A DNA stretch of 32,000 nucleotides. Source: Candidatus Saccharimonadota bacterium (lineage in GTDB: Bacteria; Patescibacteriota; Saccharimonadia; Saccharimonadales; Saccharimonadaceae). Numbering within the stretch: position 1 is the stretch's first letter; every line of letters starts with the position of its first letter. Below the pieces are notes generated by a model. It was not told the origin of the DNA. It saw only the letters and a list, made by a program, of their open reading frames with translations, and made no database searches. Below, piece after piece: positions 15,597-25,326 of the stretch. Position numbers and translations under genes: made by a program. The stretch spans positions 720,001-752,000 of the forward strand of contig MKSO01000001.1 in NCBI GenBank assembly GCA_001897305.1, given 5' to 3'.

Positions 15597-15818
15597 ATGG
15601 CAAATAAAGTAAAGAAGAAACGAACCAAACAGTACCGCGGCGCCGATGCCGCCCTTACAAAACCTGTCGTAACGCGTATTAGCGCCGCTAATCGCTCAAA
15701 ACTGGGGCAATGGTGGTTCGAACGCAAGCGAGTCCTGAAGCCGGTTCTTATCACATCCGGTATTGTCGTGTTGGTAGCGTGGCTCGTATACGAACTGATT
15801 CGTATTACCACCCAATAA
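15597..15818 (+). CDS. small basic protein with one C-terminal TM helix (73 aa)
   Basis: MANKVKKKRTKQYRG... followed by the TM segment PVLITSGIVVLVAWLVYELI. It looks more protein-like than the antisense 95-aa ORF. There is no clear SD. Confidence 0.5.
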   Translation: MANKVKKKRTKQYRGADAALTKPVVTRISAANRSKLGQWWFERKRVLKPVLITSGIVVLVAWLVYELIRITTQ

Positions 15819-15828
15819 GTACATCTAT

Positions 15829-17973
15829 TTAAGAAATAGGTATCCGGAAGCCGAAGGTACTACCCTTGCCTTCGGTAGATTCAAATAGCACTTCGCCGCC
15901 GTGCGCATCAACAACTTTTTTTGCTAAATAGAGGCCAACCCCCGTACCGTCGGGTCGGGCTTTGCGGGCGTTTGGTGCCCTGTAGAATTTTTTGAACAAG
16001 TGCGATTGCTCCGCCTGAGGCACGCCAATCCCTGAATCTACTACTGTAAATTCAATAGCATTTTTTACTTTCTTTAAACTGACAAGCACCTTGCTTCCGT
16101 CGGGCGAATAATAGATAGCATTATCTGCAAAGTTCATCACCACCTGCTGGAGTTTATTTTCGTCTACTTCAATCATCGGCAGGCCTTTGGGGGCTTTATA
16201 AATAAACCGTATTCCTCTTGCAGAAGCATTTGCTTCCAGTGCATCCACTTCGTGCTGCACCATACGCGCTAGGTCGACTGGACGTTTTTCAATCACAAAT
16301 TTACCTGTCTGTAAGCGCGATACGTTTAAAAAGTCTCCGATTAAACGTACCATGCGCTCACTACTGATGAACGCTTCATTAAGCACGTGCTTCTGTTCTT
16401 TCGTGACCTCACCCATATCGCCTTCTAGTAACATAGAGATATACCCCTTAATACTAGTAAGCGGGGTGCGCAATTGATGGCTGGCCATACTAATAAATTC
16501 GTCTTTAACTTCATCAAGTCGTTGTAGCTGTGCATTACTTGAGCGGAGCTCTTTAGTCGCGGCATCAATGCGCTGTTCGAGGTGGCTATTTATATCCTTC
16601 ACTTCCTGCAAAGAGAGAGCATTTTGAATGGCAATACCTAGCTCATCCGCAATCGCTCGCAACGTCCTGACATCGCGCGAAATATACCGTGATACTTTGT
16701 GATATCCAAGATTCAAGAAGCCCAGAAAAACATCATCACGCACAAGTGGCAACACAATAGCAAGCTTATGACTCGCCATGGCACGACGAACTTCACTATT
16801 TTCATCTAGTAAATCGGCTACTAAAATATGTGATGGCTGAGGGTACGCATGTCGAAAGAGCAGTACGTCCTCCGGTGGCAATGAACCGTGGTATTGAGTC
16901 CCGACAGTAAAAATCTGGTTGTCGGCATTTATAGCCGTGAAGAATACCTGTTCGCTTTTCATGGTATCTGCAATTTCATGGGAAACTCTTTTTAAGAGCG
17001 AGTGAAGATCGCTCGAAGAAGATACAATACGATTTAGTCGACCAAAGAACTCGTCTAGATTGTAATAATCTCTGTAAAATAGCTTATTGGTTACTTTATC
17101 AAAAAAGCGCTTTACCGGCTGGAATAATAATACTAATACGATTGTAATGATGACATTCAACGGGCTAAAAGCCTTAAGTGATTGCTCTTCTGGGAAAATA
17201 TACACAACCAATAGCACAATCAAGTAATACAACCCAAGTAGTAGCGCAATACTAAATACATAGGCAGTACTGCGCACCGCTGCCAACCTAACGCTAAACA
17301 TACGATGCCGAGCAATCCCGTAGGTTGTTAAGCCGAGGAAAGCGATCGACATTAAAGGCCCCACCCATATGTAATCGTAGGTACCAAAGTACGGTAAATA
17401 AAGATTGGTAATAAAGCCAGGGATACTATTGATAAGAATGCCGATCGAATATAAACCTGCCTGCATGCGCGCATGTCCTTTAAAGGTTGCCAGCTTATAA
17501 AGCGCTACACCAATTGCAAAAGCAAAAAAAGTTACAAAGTAAGCGGTATATAGAATATAAGTTGGTGAATTAATCGTGACAGTTCGGTGCCCATCCTCAA
17601 TCGCAACAGCCGTAATAATAAAATCGGGGTAAAACAAGACGAGGGCGGCAATACTAACACCAGCCAACCCAACCAAGCCAATTGTAAACTTTGAGGGCTT
17701 CTTTGTAGAGGTGATCGTGGGATATATCAGGCTAAAAATGAGGAGCAATGCTGGAAAGAAACCGGCCGCTAGGTAATAGGCTTTTGCCGTTATTAACGCC
17801 GTTAAAGCATTGTCTGTTTGCAAGAAAAGCATCACACCAAACGACCATAACGAAAAACAAAGGCATATACCTACAAACAGAAGGTTAGCAAGGCGTTTTG
17901 CATCCTGAAACCCCACTAGTACGGCAAGTATTAAGCTGGCCACCCCACAGATCGTTAATACAGCGGTAATCAC
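15829..17973 (-). CDS. membrane sensor histidine kinase (multi-TM N-terminus, GAF-like domain, HisKA, HATPase_c)
   Basis: 714 aa with about 7 or more N-terminal TM helices. It has the H-box FISMASHQLRTPLTSIKGY, the N-box NFADNAIYYSP, G1 VVDSGIGVP and G2 GTGVGLYLAKKVV. Confidence 0.9.
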   Translation of the reverse strand: MITAVLTICGVASLILAVLVGFQDAKRLANLLFVGICLCFSLWSFGVMLFLQTDNALTALITAKAYYLAAGFFPALLLIFSLIYPTITSTKKPSKFTIGLVGLAGVSIAALVLFYPDFIITAVAIEDGHRTVTINSPTYILYTAYFVTFFAFAIGVALYKLATFKGHARMQAGLYSIGILINSIPGFITNLYLPYFGTYDYIWVGPLMSIAFLGLTTYGIARHRMFSVRLAAVRSTAYVFSIALLLGLYYLIVLLVVYIFPEEQSLKAFSPLNVIITIVLVLLFQPVKRFFDKVTNKLFYRDYYNLDEFFGRLNRIVSSSSDLHSLLKRVSHEIADTMKSEQVFFTAINADNQIFTVGTQYHGSLPPEDVLLFRHAYPQPSHILVADLLDENSEVRRAMASHKLAIVLPLVRDDVFLGFLNLGYHKVSRYISRDVRTLRAIADELGIAIQNALSLQEVKDINSHLEQRIDAATKELRSSNAQLQRLDEVKDEFISMASHQLRTPLTSIKGYISMLLEGDMGEVTKEQKHVLNEAFISSERMVRLIGDFLNVSRLQTGKFVIEKRPVDLARMVQHEVDALEANASARGIRFIYKAPKGLPMIEVDENKLQQVVMNFADNAIYYSPDGSKVLVSLKKVKNAIEFTVVDSGIGVPQAEQSHLFKKFYRAPNARKARPDGTGVGLYLAKKVVDAHGGEVLFESTEGKGSTFGFRIPIS

Positions 17974-18019
17974 ACCCGTATTTTAGCATTAGCATCATGA
18001 GCGCGCTACTACAAGATAG

Positions 18020-19393
18020 CTACTTAGTCGAAAAGCATAGTGTATACACACCATCTTGTGTAACGCGAAGACGTGATTTTTCAGCAGGCACACCAGCTTT
18101 GGCATGCAGGCGCGTCACATCACGAATGTTACGCATCCTGACTTTAATAGGCCAACCCATAAGCCCATGAAGGAAGTCGGCCTGGGGTCGATTTTTGTTC
18201 ATATTTCCTGTTGTCATCAAGCCCCCGTCGGCAAGCGCACTCCAGGCCTGGCGCGTAAGGTCTTCATACATAGCATCGGGGAAATATTCACGCAAGCCAG
18301 AATCTTCACAGACATCAAGCTCTCGGCCTTGAAGAACTTCTTGCAAATCCATCATGCGTGTTTTATTGCCATCTCGTACAAAGAGCTGATTACAATGAAT
18401 CTCGATTGAATCTTCGAGACCCAGTTGGCGAGCAAGCTCCGCGGCGGCAGCTAAAGCAATTGGATCCTGGTCAACAAGAATCATTTTGGCTGTTTTACCC
18501 TTAGTCTTTAAATCATGCATCACCTCAAGCATCGGGAGGGCCGTGCCGCATCCTACACTCATCATCAAGAACGAATCTTCACCCGAAGCATCAACATGAC
18601 GATTAATCTCTTTATGCACCTCTTCCTTGCGACTTCGTATACCAAGCGAATCAGTACAATACTGGACAATATCTTTAAAGCCAGGTTGAATATGCGCCTC
18701 ATTAAATAGCTCAAGTTTATCAAGCTCAGCTGCGGCATATTTTTGAGCACTCACTGCACTTTTATTACCCCTAAAGTCCTCCGCTACATCATACGCAGCT
18801 TCCCATAAATATTTCCCGGTCAAATTCGGCGAAACGCCCGTCTCAGGAAATTCATAATCGCCCGTAATAGCTCCTCCAAAACGGCCCGACATAGTTTCAT
18901 ATAAACCATGTGACTCTCCGTATACTCGCAGATCATGAGCATCAATAATCGTACCTAATGCAAGTGCTTTTCCACCCTGTTCATGCCAAGGCATTGCCTG
19001 AACATCAGCTCGGTTAAACAAATGACGAGCCCTCGAATCTTCACGCACCATTCGTATGCGTCGTCGGACTTTCTTAGCCATAGCAGATTGGAGCGGTAAG
19101 TGTTCGGCGGCCAATGCAAGGGCACTACTCCCAAATGCAGCTCTGCGTGAATCCTCTTCGAATAAATAGCTACTCAACTCTAATTGGTCACGGACCCTAA
19201 AGATACCCTCCGGCGTATCATAGGCCTTGTCATAGGTATCGCCGATAGTAATGTCATATCCGGCCGAATCAACCTCGGCAATCTCATTAAGAAGCGTCTT
19301 TGGAAACAAAAATGCAAGTGTACTTTCTTTTTCTGGCTGTTCGGGGAATTGGTCGAATGAAGGCTCGGCTTTATCAATTGGGGAATAGGTCAT
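18020..19393 (-). CDS. class I SAM-dependent methyltransferase with an uncharacterised N-terminal domain of about 270 aa
   Basis: 457 aa. The C-terminal half has SAM motif I (FLMMSVGCGTALPML) and an acidic post-I residue (MILVDQDP). The N-terminal half matches nothing I recognise. Confidence 0.7.
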   Translation of the reverse strand: MTYSPIDKAEPSFDQFPEQPEKESTLAFLFPKTLLNEIAEVDSAGYDITIGDTYDKAYDTPEGIFRVRDQLELSSYLFEEDSRRAAFGSSALALAAEHLPLQSAMAKKVRRRIRMVREDSRARHLFNRADVQAMPWHEQGGKALALGTIIDAHDLRVYGESHGLYETMSGRFGGAITGDYEFPETGVSPNLTGKYLWEAAYDVAEDFRGNKSAVSAQKYAAAELDKLELFNEAHIQPGFKDIVQYCTDSLGIRSRKEEVHKEINRHVDASGEDSFLMMSVGCGTALPMLEVMHDLKTKGKTAKMILVDQDPIALAAAAELARQLGLEDSIEIHCNQLFVRDGNKTRMMDLQEVLQGRELDVCEDSGLREYFPDAMYEDLTRQAWSALADGGLMTTGNMNKNRPQADFLHGLMGWPIKVRMRNIRDVTRLHAKAGVPAEKSRLRVTQDGVYTLCFSTK

Positions 19394-19488
19394 AACACCA
19401 GTACTATATAACCTTTAGTACTGCACCACAAGCCGCGACCCCTATTTGGTATTGTGATCGTGCTTACCCTTAGAGTATACTTGCTTAT

Positions 19489-19860
19489 ATGACCAAAATT
19501 GCCATCATAGAAGACGACCCAGCAATTAACCAAATGTACCGCATGAAATTCGAGGCGGACGGATTTGATGTCCAACTGGCAGATAATGGCAAGAAGGGCG
19601 TTGCTCTGGTTGAGGATTTCGTCCCCGATCTTATTCTTCTCGACCTTCAAATGCCCGAGATGAGCGGTGATGAAGCCCTTGCCGAAATCCGTAAACACGA
19701 CTGGGGTAAAGACATCCCGGTTATTATTTTGACCAACCTAGGTGAAGAAGAAGCGCCAAAAGGTATTCGCTCGCTTGGTATTGAAGGCTACATTGTAAAA
19801 GCCGAACTCACCCCCCGCCAAGTCGTACAACGCGTCAAAGAAGCGCTCGGTACGAACTAA
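19489..19860 (+). CDS. stand-alone response regulator receiver domain (CheY-like)
   Basis: 123 aa with an IAIIEDD acidic pocket, the phospho-acceptor context LILLDLQMPEMSG and a conserved K (GYIVKAE). There is no output domain. Confidence 0.9.
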   Translation: MTKIAIIEDDPAINQMYRMKFEADGFDVQLADNGKKGVALVEDFVPDLILLDLQMPEMSGDEALAEIRKHDWGKDIPVIILTNLGEEEAPKGIRSLGIEGYIVKAELTPRQVVQRVKEALGTN

Positions 19861-20672
19861 TCTTCAGTTGCAACCGTTTTACGAGCGGCAGTAATAACAT
19901 TGTCAAATAACGCAGTAATCGTCAACGGGCCAACACCACCACGATGTGGTGTTATTTTTAAGTCTTGACGCTCCCTCACATCATCGGCAATATCGCCAAC
20001 AATCACACCATCTTCCGATGCGGTGCCAGCGTCGACAACCGTAGCACTCGGTGCGATCATAGTCGAGCGAATCAAGCCGGGTACACCAGTGGCCGTTACG
20101 ATGATATCGGCATTACGAAGCTGTGCTTGTAAATCAACTGTTGTGCTATCGTACACCGTCACCTGAAGGCCAGCCTTCAACCACAATTTTGCAAGTGGTG
20201 CGCCAACTAAACGACCATTCCCTACAATCGCAATCTGTCGGTCACGCAGGGTTACATTATACCCAGCCAACAGCCAGTCAATGGCCGTTGCTGTTGCCGA
20301 AACATACTCAGCATTAGGTCCTAGACCATCAACATCCTTAGCAGGATCAATTAAGGCAATAAGCGCATCCGTTTCCGACGTATCAGCCAGTGGAAGTTGC
20401 AGAACAATTCCATGCACCGAAGCATCTTGGTTTAACTGCGAAATCAGATCAGCAACTTTAGCTTGGTCAACTTTATGTATGACTACATCAATTAAGATAT
20501 CCGCACCATATGCCTCTTTTAGACGAACGTAGGTATCAATGACAGGGTTATCGTTGGCGACAATAATTGCCAATCGAGGAAAGGTGTCCCAACTTTGCCG
20601 TAAGTTGCGCACTTGTTTTGCCTGGCGTTCTTTTACGAAGCCAGCTAATTCGCTGCCATCAAGTAATTTCAT
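19857..20672 (-). CDS. folD: bifunctional methylenetetrahydrofolate dehydrogenase/cyclohydrolase
   Basis: 271 aa with the FolD signatures VLQLPLP-like (IVLQLPLADTS), the GNGRLVG NADP fold and PHRGGVGPLT. Confidence 0.93.
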   Translation of the reverse strand: MKLLDGSELAGFVKERQAKQVRNLRQSWDTFPRLAIIVANDNPVIDTYVRLKEAYGADILIDVVIHKVDQAKVADLISQLNQDASVHGIVLQLPLADTSETDALIALIDPAKDVDGLGPNAEYVSATATAIDWLLAGYNVTLRDRQIAIVGNGRLVGAPLAKLWLKAGLQVTVYDSTTVDLQAQLRNADIIVTATGVPGLIRSTMIAPSATVVDAGTASEDGVIVGDIADDVRERQDLKITPHRGGVGPLTITALFDNVITAARKTVATED

Positions 20673-20733
20673 ATCTTATATAGCGTACCAAATACAGAGG
20701 TAAACGACAACCAGGGTTATACTCATGCCGTGG

Positions 20734-22422
20734 TTAGTTATAGCGCTCGATATCATAGTCCGATTCGCTGCCAATAATAGTCTCGCCACATTGGCCCGAC
20801 ATAGTTTTGGCCGCAACCTGCTTGTCGTTATACATCATCGACTCACTCACAACAGCTTGGACAACCAGGCGGTTGCTTTGAGAACCTTCTTTGTTTGCTG
20901 GGCAAATATCCGACTGCACAACACTTAGGTTACGAACCACTCCGGCTGCAATATATCCACCATTCAGTTTTGCATTTAATGTCTCGACGGTCGCATTATT
21001 AAAGGTAATTAAACCAGCCTGCTGGGTTGAAGCGTTAACCGCACCAAACGAGCCAGTTGCATCGAAGCTGCCGCTCACTACATCCGCATAACCTTCTACT
21101 GCGCGGGCTTGACCGCTTGGGATAATCACGGATATATCCTGCTTTTCTTTATTGTAGTAGTGCAATGACCCACTTTTTACCGTCACAGTATTTAATGCGG
21201 GACCATAAATGGTCAACTTAGACTGCACATAACGGTTTCTTTTATCGCCTTTACCCGCCATAGTAAGTTCTACTGTGTCGCCATTAATAACAAATTTGGG
21301 CGTATAACTACCGCGTATGGTGTCAATTTCATAACGAGGAGTATCCGATACGATATATTCGGTGTACATTATTGATCCATCGCCAAAGTCACTATCGACA
21401 GCTCCTACGGATACATTCAGATTCTTAATGGCCTTAAACTCATCACCAAGATTAACCCGTGTGGTAGTACGCGCATTATATGCAGCCTGACTGTCAATGA
21501 AATTACCATATAATACCGTGCTAAGCCCGGCACCAAATGTGATCACGCCACTAATACAGACGACGACAACTGTAGTAGTAAGGCGTTTTGTCCATTTCTT
21601 TTTGAATAGCGCATACGAAAGAGTCGTAAAAAGCGCTGTCAGAAGCAAGCCAGCTAGTATAAAGCCGCCATACCCTACCCACGTTGTCCATGAGCCCCAT
21701 GAGACAAAGTCTTGAAGCCTTGAAACGGAATCACCACCAAATAGCAACCAACTTCCCGCCCAAACAGTTACAACCAACGAGATCACCGCTGCTACCGCCA
21801 GCAAGGTCGCAGAGCCGTACACAAGAATCCCCTGGAATATTTTTGCGGCATTATTAGGCAAGTCTACTCGCTCGCTCACTTCTCGAATTGAGGCAAGCGT
21901 CACTGGCTTACCGGCAAGTTCAAGTTTCTCTGCCGCTGTTTTGGCAGGTGGTACGACAATCCATAGCACCAGATAGACAACAATTACCGTTCCCCAAGAA
22001 AGAAGAAGCAATACCACAAATCCCAAACGAGTCCACAACGGATTAACACCAAAGTATTTAGCAATACCACTCAGTACACCACCTAAAAGTGGCGAATCGG
22101 TGTCACGATACAAACGATGTGGCGGCTTATTATCATCGTCAAACGTTTCAGGGCCGACCGCAATATCGCCTTCACCCATGAACTCTTTTGGATCACCGAG
22201 TTGTTCACGAATTGCCGTAACATCCTCGGCTGTTATGACGCCATCTTTTTCAATGCCACGATCCGACAGAATCTCTGTAAGACGAATTTCGATATCTTCC
22301 AATAAATTTGGATCATCCGCGTAGAGCTCAAGCTTTGTTATATATTTCTCGAGTTCCTTTTTTGCCCCAATCTCTATGTCGTAAGAGGTTTTGGCAATGT
22401 GTATTCTGGTAATCTCTTTCAT
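20734..22422 (-). CDS. PspC domain-containing membrane protein with a large C-terminal extracytoplasmic domain
   Basis: 562 aa. The PspC motif is LYRDTDSPLLGGVLSGIAKYFGVNPLWTRLGFVVLLLL. It has several TM helices followed by a beta-rich C-terminal domain of about 270 aa. Confidence 0.85.
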   Translation of the reverse strand: MKEITRIHIAKTSYDIEIGAKKELEKYITKLELYADDPNLLEDIEIRLTEILSDRGIEKDGVITAEDVTAIREQLGDPKEFMGEGDIAVGPETFDDDNKPPHRLYRDTDSPLLGGVLSGIAKYFGVNPLWTRLGFVVLLLLSWGTVIVVYLVLWIVVPPAKTAAEKLELAGKPVTLASIREVSERVDLPNNAAKIFQGILVYGSATLLAVAAVISLVVTVWAGSWLLFGGDSVSRLQDFVSWGSWTTWVGYGGFILAGLLLTALFTTLSYALFKKKWTKRLTTTVVVVCISGVITFGAGLSTVLYGNFIDSQAAYNARTTTRVNLGDEFKAIKNLNVSVGAVDSDFGDGSIMYTEYIVSDTPRYEIDTIRGSYTPKFVINGDTVELTMAGKGDKRNRYVQSKLTIYGPALNTVTVKSGSLHYYNKEKQDISVIIPSGQARAVEGYADVVSGSFDATGSFGAVNASTQQAGLITFNNATVETLNAKLNGGYIAAGVVRNLSVVQSDICPANKEGSQSNRLVVQAVVSESMMYNDKQVAAKTMSGQCGETIIGSESDYDIERYN

Positions 22423-22432
22423 ACGTTCTCCT

Positions 22433-22771
22433 TTATAACTTCTTGAGGGTGGTATTAAGTGCTGTAATGCTAGTGGAAACTTTTTCTAATACTTCTTTGC
22501 CATAATCGGTGGTTTTGTAGTATTTACGCGGAGCCCCAAGCTTACTTTCGCGCCACTCATGCTGCAAAAGCCCGTCTTTTTGCAATTTACTAAGAAGCGG
22601 ATAAATGGTTCCCTCTACCACCACCAATTCGGCGTCACGAAGCTTACCAATAACGTCGCTGGTGTACATTGCCTCTCGACAGATTTTAAGCACGCAGTAG
22701 GCGAGAAAGCCTTTTCGCATTTGTGTAGCGATATTACGCGCATATTCATCACTAGTTGTTTGTTGTGTCAT
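22433..22771 (-). CDS. PadR family transcriptional regulator
   Basis: 112 aa with the PadR wHTH signature (GTIYPLLSKLQKDGLLQHEWRESKLGAPRKYYKTTDYGKE). It lies 10 nt upstream of the PspC-domain gene. Confidence 0.9.
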   Translation of the reverse strand: MTQQTTSDEYARNIATQMRKGFLAYCVLKICREAMYTSDVIGKLRDAELVVVEGTIYPLLSKLQKDGLLQHEWRESKLGAPRKYYKTTDYGKEVLEKVSTSITALNTTLKKL

Positions 22772-22820
22772 AGTTCTATGTTAAGCATAGTAGTATGCAA
22801 TGTCAACAACCTAATTATAG

Positions 22821-22855
22821 AAAAACGCCGTTCTCTAACGAAACGGCGTTTTTCT
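22821..22855. terminator. bidirectional-type hairpin terminator downstream of the tRNA pair
   Basis: AAAAACGCCGTT ctctaacga AACGGCGTTTTT, with an A-run before and a T-run after. It starts 2 nt beyond the tRNA-Lys 3' end. Confidence 0.7.
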
Positions 22856-22856
22856 A

Positions 22857-22933
22857 TGGAGGGTCAGGAGGGACTTGAACCCTCGACATTCTGCTTAAGA
22901 GGCAGACGCTCTAACCAGCTGAGCTACTGACCC
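22857..22933 (-). tRNA. tRNA-Lys (anticodon CUU), CCA encoded
   Basis: The reverse complement reads GGGTCAG TA GCTC AGCTGGTTA GAGC G TCTGC CTCTTAA GCAGA ATGTC GAGGG TTCAAGT CCCTC CTGACCC T CCA. Confidence 0.9.
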
Positions 22934-22940
22934 ACTCTCG

Positions 22941-23017
22941 TGGTACACCCGGCAAGATTCGAACTTGCGACACCTGGTTCCGAAGACCAGTGCTCTAATC
23001 CGCTGAGCTACGGGTGC
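22941..23017 (-). tRNA. tRNA-Arg (anticodon UCG), CCA encoded
   Basis: The reverse complement reads GCACCCG TA GCTC AGCGGATTA GAGC A CTGGT CTTCGGA ACCAG GTGTC GCAAG TTCGAAT CTTGC CGGGTGT A CCA. Confidence 0.9.
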
Positions 23018-23099
23018 TCATCTTGCACAAAAGTACAGAGGTCATTGTAGCATAAAAGTTTCAAAAAAGCCATAGCTTTGCGGTATACTTTAAGTAACT

Positions 23100-24125
23100 A
23101 TGGATATACACACCAACATTTCGCTGAAAAACCTTACAACCATGAAGCTGGGCGGACCGGCGCAATTCTTCTCGGACGTACATACCGTACAAGAGTTAGC
23201 AGAACTCTACCAAGATGCTCAGACTAAAAATGTACCAGTGTTTATTGTTGGCGGCGGGAGCAATATTATTGCACGTGACGAGGGGTTTCATGGTCTCGTA
23301 CTGCGTATAAAAATTCCCGGCTTTGAGGTTGTCGCCGATGACATTTATTCAACAACCGTAAAGGTTGGTGCTGGTGAAAGCTGGGACGCAACAGTTGCAC
23401 GAACCGTCGACATGCACTTGAGTGGCATTGAAGCCATGTCAGCCATCCCCGGAACCACCGGTGCGGCACCAGTACAAAATATTGGTGCGTATGGCCAGGA
23501 AATCGCCGATACGCTTGTTTCGCTAGAAGCATACGACACGCAAACACACGCGATAGTGTCACTTACCAATGCCGAATGTGAATTTGGCTACCGCCATAGT
23601 ATTTTTAGAGGCAGCGAGCAGGGGCGATACGTCATCACCAGCGTCACCCTTAAGCTATCCAAATCAAACCCCGCGCCGCCCTTCTACGATTCACTCCAAA
23701 GCTATTTCGACAGCCATGCTATTTCACTCTTTACGCAAAAAGTTGTCCGCGACGCAGTCATTGCCATACGCTCTGAAAAACTACCCGACCCCGCCGTTAC
23801 ACCAAGCGCCGGTTCATTCTTTAAAAACGCTATCATAGACGATTGGCTTTATGACGAACTTCATCAGAAATTTCCCGATATAAAAGCCTACGTTATGGCC
23901 GATGGCAGTTATAAAGTTTCTTCTGGCTGGCTGATAGAGAAAGCCGGCTTAAAAGGCCAGTTACTGCACGGCATGCGCGTACACGACAAAAACTGCTTGG
24001 TGCTTATTAACGAGTCGGCTAAAAACTATGAAGACCTGGCCGCAGCACGCGATGAAATTATCGCCCGTGTTCGCGACATGTTCCGTATCGTCATCGAGCA
24101 AGAACCCCTAGAATTGCCATTGTAG
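23100..24125 (+). CDS. murB: UDP-N-acetylenolpyruvoylglucosamine reductase
   Basis: 341 aa with the FAD-binding region LTTMKLGGPAQFF...VFIVGGGSNII, the AIPGTTGAAPVQNIGAYG motif and the C-terminal MurB domain (GSFFKNA, SSGWLIEKAGLKG). Confidence 0.93.
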   Translation: MDIHTNISLKNLTTMKLGGPAQFFSDVHTVQELAELYQDAQTKNVPVFIVGGGSNIIARDEGFHGLVLRIKIPGFEVVADDIYSTTVKVGAGESWDATVARTVDMHLSGIEAMSAIPGTTGAAPVQNIGAYGQEIADTLVSLEAYDTQTHAIVSLTNAECEFGYRHSIFRGSEQGRYVITSVTLKLSKSNPAPPFYDSLQSYFDSHAISLFTQKVVRDAVIAIRSEKLPDPAVTPSAGSFFKNAIIDDWLYDELHQKFPDIKAYVMADGSYKVSSGWLIEKAGLKGQLLHGMRVHDKNCLVLINESAKNYEDLAAARDEIIARVRDMFRIVIEQEPLELPL

Positions 24126-24165
24126 CTTGCTTGCGGTTTTACCATAAAGCCCTTATGCTTAGTAC

Positions 24166-24699
24166 ATGACCCGCCGCGGCTTTACTATTGTCGAGCTTAT
24201 TATCACCATCACTATCATGGGCATTCTGTTAACATTGGCGGTTGTAAACCTTAACGCAACCCAAATTAGTTCACGTGATGTTGAGCGAAAGACTGATATT
24301 GAAACGATCGCAACAGCATTAGAAGCTTACTACAATAGCAACGATACGTCGCACTCTGGTGCTGCCGATTTGGCGGGGGGCTCATATCCGGCTACTATCA
24401 ATATCAGCAGTGATACGAATTTGAAAACCGCCCTGCCCGGCATTGACCCGCGAGCAATACGTGCTCCTGGGGTGGAAACAACCGACCCTAAAAGCCTTAC
24501 AGTGGCTACCAATAACGTCCAGACGACCGCCGGCGTATTACCCCAACCAACAATCAGCACGTACGTATACCAACCAATCAAAAAAGATAACAGCCTATGC
24601 ACGCAAATCGTAAACCAGGGTGATTGTCGCAAGTTTAATTTGTACTACAAACTCGAAGCAGATGGCGCTGTGTACAAAGTTATAAGCAAACACCAATAA
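24166..24699 (+). CDS. type IV pilin-like protein
   Basis: MTRRG|FTIVELIITITIMGILLTLAVV shows a prepilin cleavage/methylation motif. The globular part is variable and has a Cys pair near the C-terminus. Confidence 0.85.
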   Translation: MTRRGFTIVELIITITIMGILLTLAVVNLNATQISSRDVERKTDIETIATALEAYYNSNDTSHSGAADLAGGSYPATINISSDTNLKTALPGIDPRAIRAPGVETTDPKSLTVATNNVQTTAGVLPQPTISTYVYQPIKKDNSLCTQIVNQGDCRKFNLYYKLEADGAVYKVISKHQ

Positions 24700-24717
24700 G
24701 CAGGAACTGGCAGTAAT

Positions 24718-25212
24718 ATGACCACAACTAGTAGTATTCATTACAACAGAAAAAAGAGCGGCTTCACCATAGTTGAGCTTCTGGTTGTCATCGTTGTTAT
24801 TGCTATTCTGGCAACTATTACGATCGTGTCTTTTAGTAGTATCACAACGAAAGGCAATGACTCTTCCACAGAAGCGGCCGTAAATGCATTTAAGAAAAAA
24901 GCCGACTTATACACCAAAGACGGCCCTACCGGTGCGTATCCCATCGCAGCAACTGATCTTACTTCGGACACCACTAAAAGCTACTACCTAAGCGACTACA
25001 CCGTAACCTACGTTACGACTAATGCTTCACGTACCGTCAGTGCAAGTAATGGCACAAAAACTATTAATGTCCGTAAATGCTCGGGGTCGCTCACAAGCCA
25101 AGCTTCTATTACGGCTACAAACATTACTGGGTTGCAGATTATTTCTTGGGATTTTTCCGACAAAAACTACAACACAACAACCATCGGCACTGGCAACTGC
25201 CCAGCCGCCTAA
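24718..25212 (+). CDS. type IV pilin-like protein
   Basis: ...NRKKSG|FTIVELLVVIVVIAILATITIV, with C-terminal Cys residues (RKCSG...GNCPAA). Confidence 0.85.
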   Translation: MTTTSSIHYNRKKSGFTIVELLVVIVVIAILATITIVSFSSITTKGNDSSTEAAVNAFKKKADLYTKDGPTGAYPIAATDLTSDTTKSYYLSDYTVTYVTTNASRTVSASNGTKTINVRKCSGSLTSQASITATNITGLQIISWDFSDKNYNTTTIGTGNCPAA

Positions 25213-25326
25213 CCTACCCCTTTAGTTACCCTGTGGAAAAATGAGCATTTTGTTATTGCGCGGACAAAATTTATATAGTAGAGTAACAACATAAAGCATA
25301 ACCAATTATATAGGGGGCAACTCACA

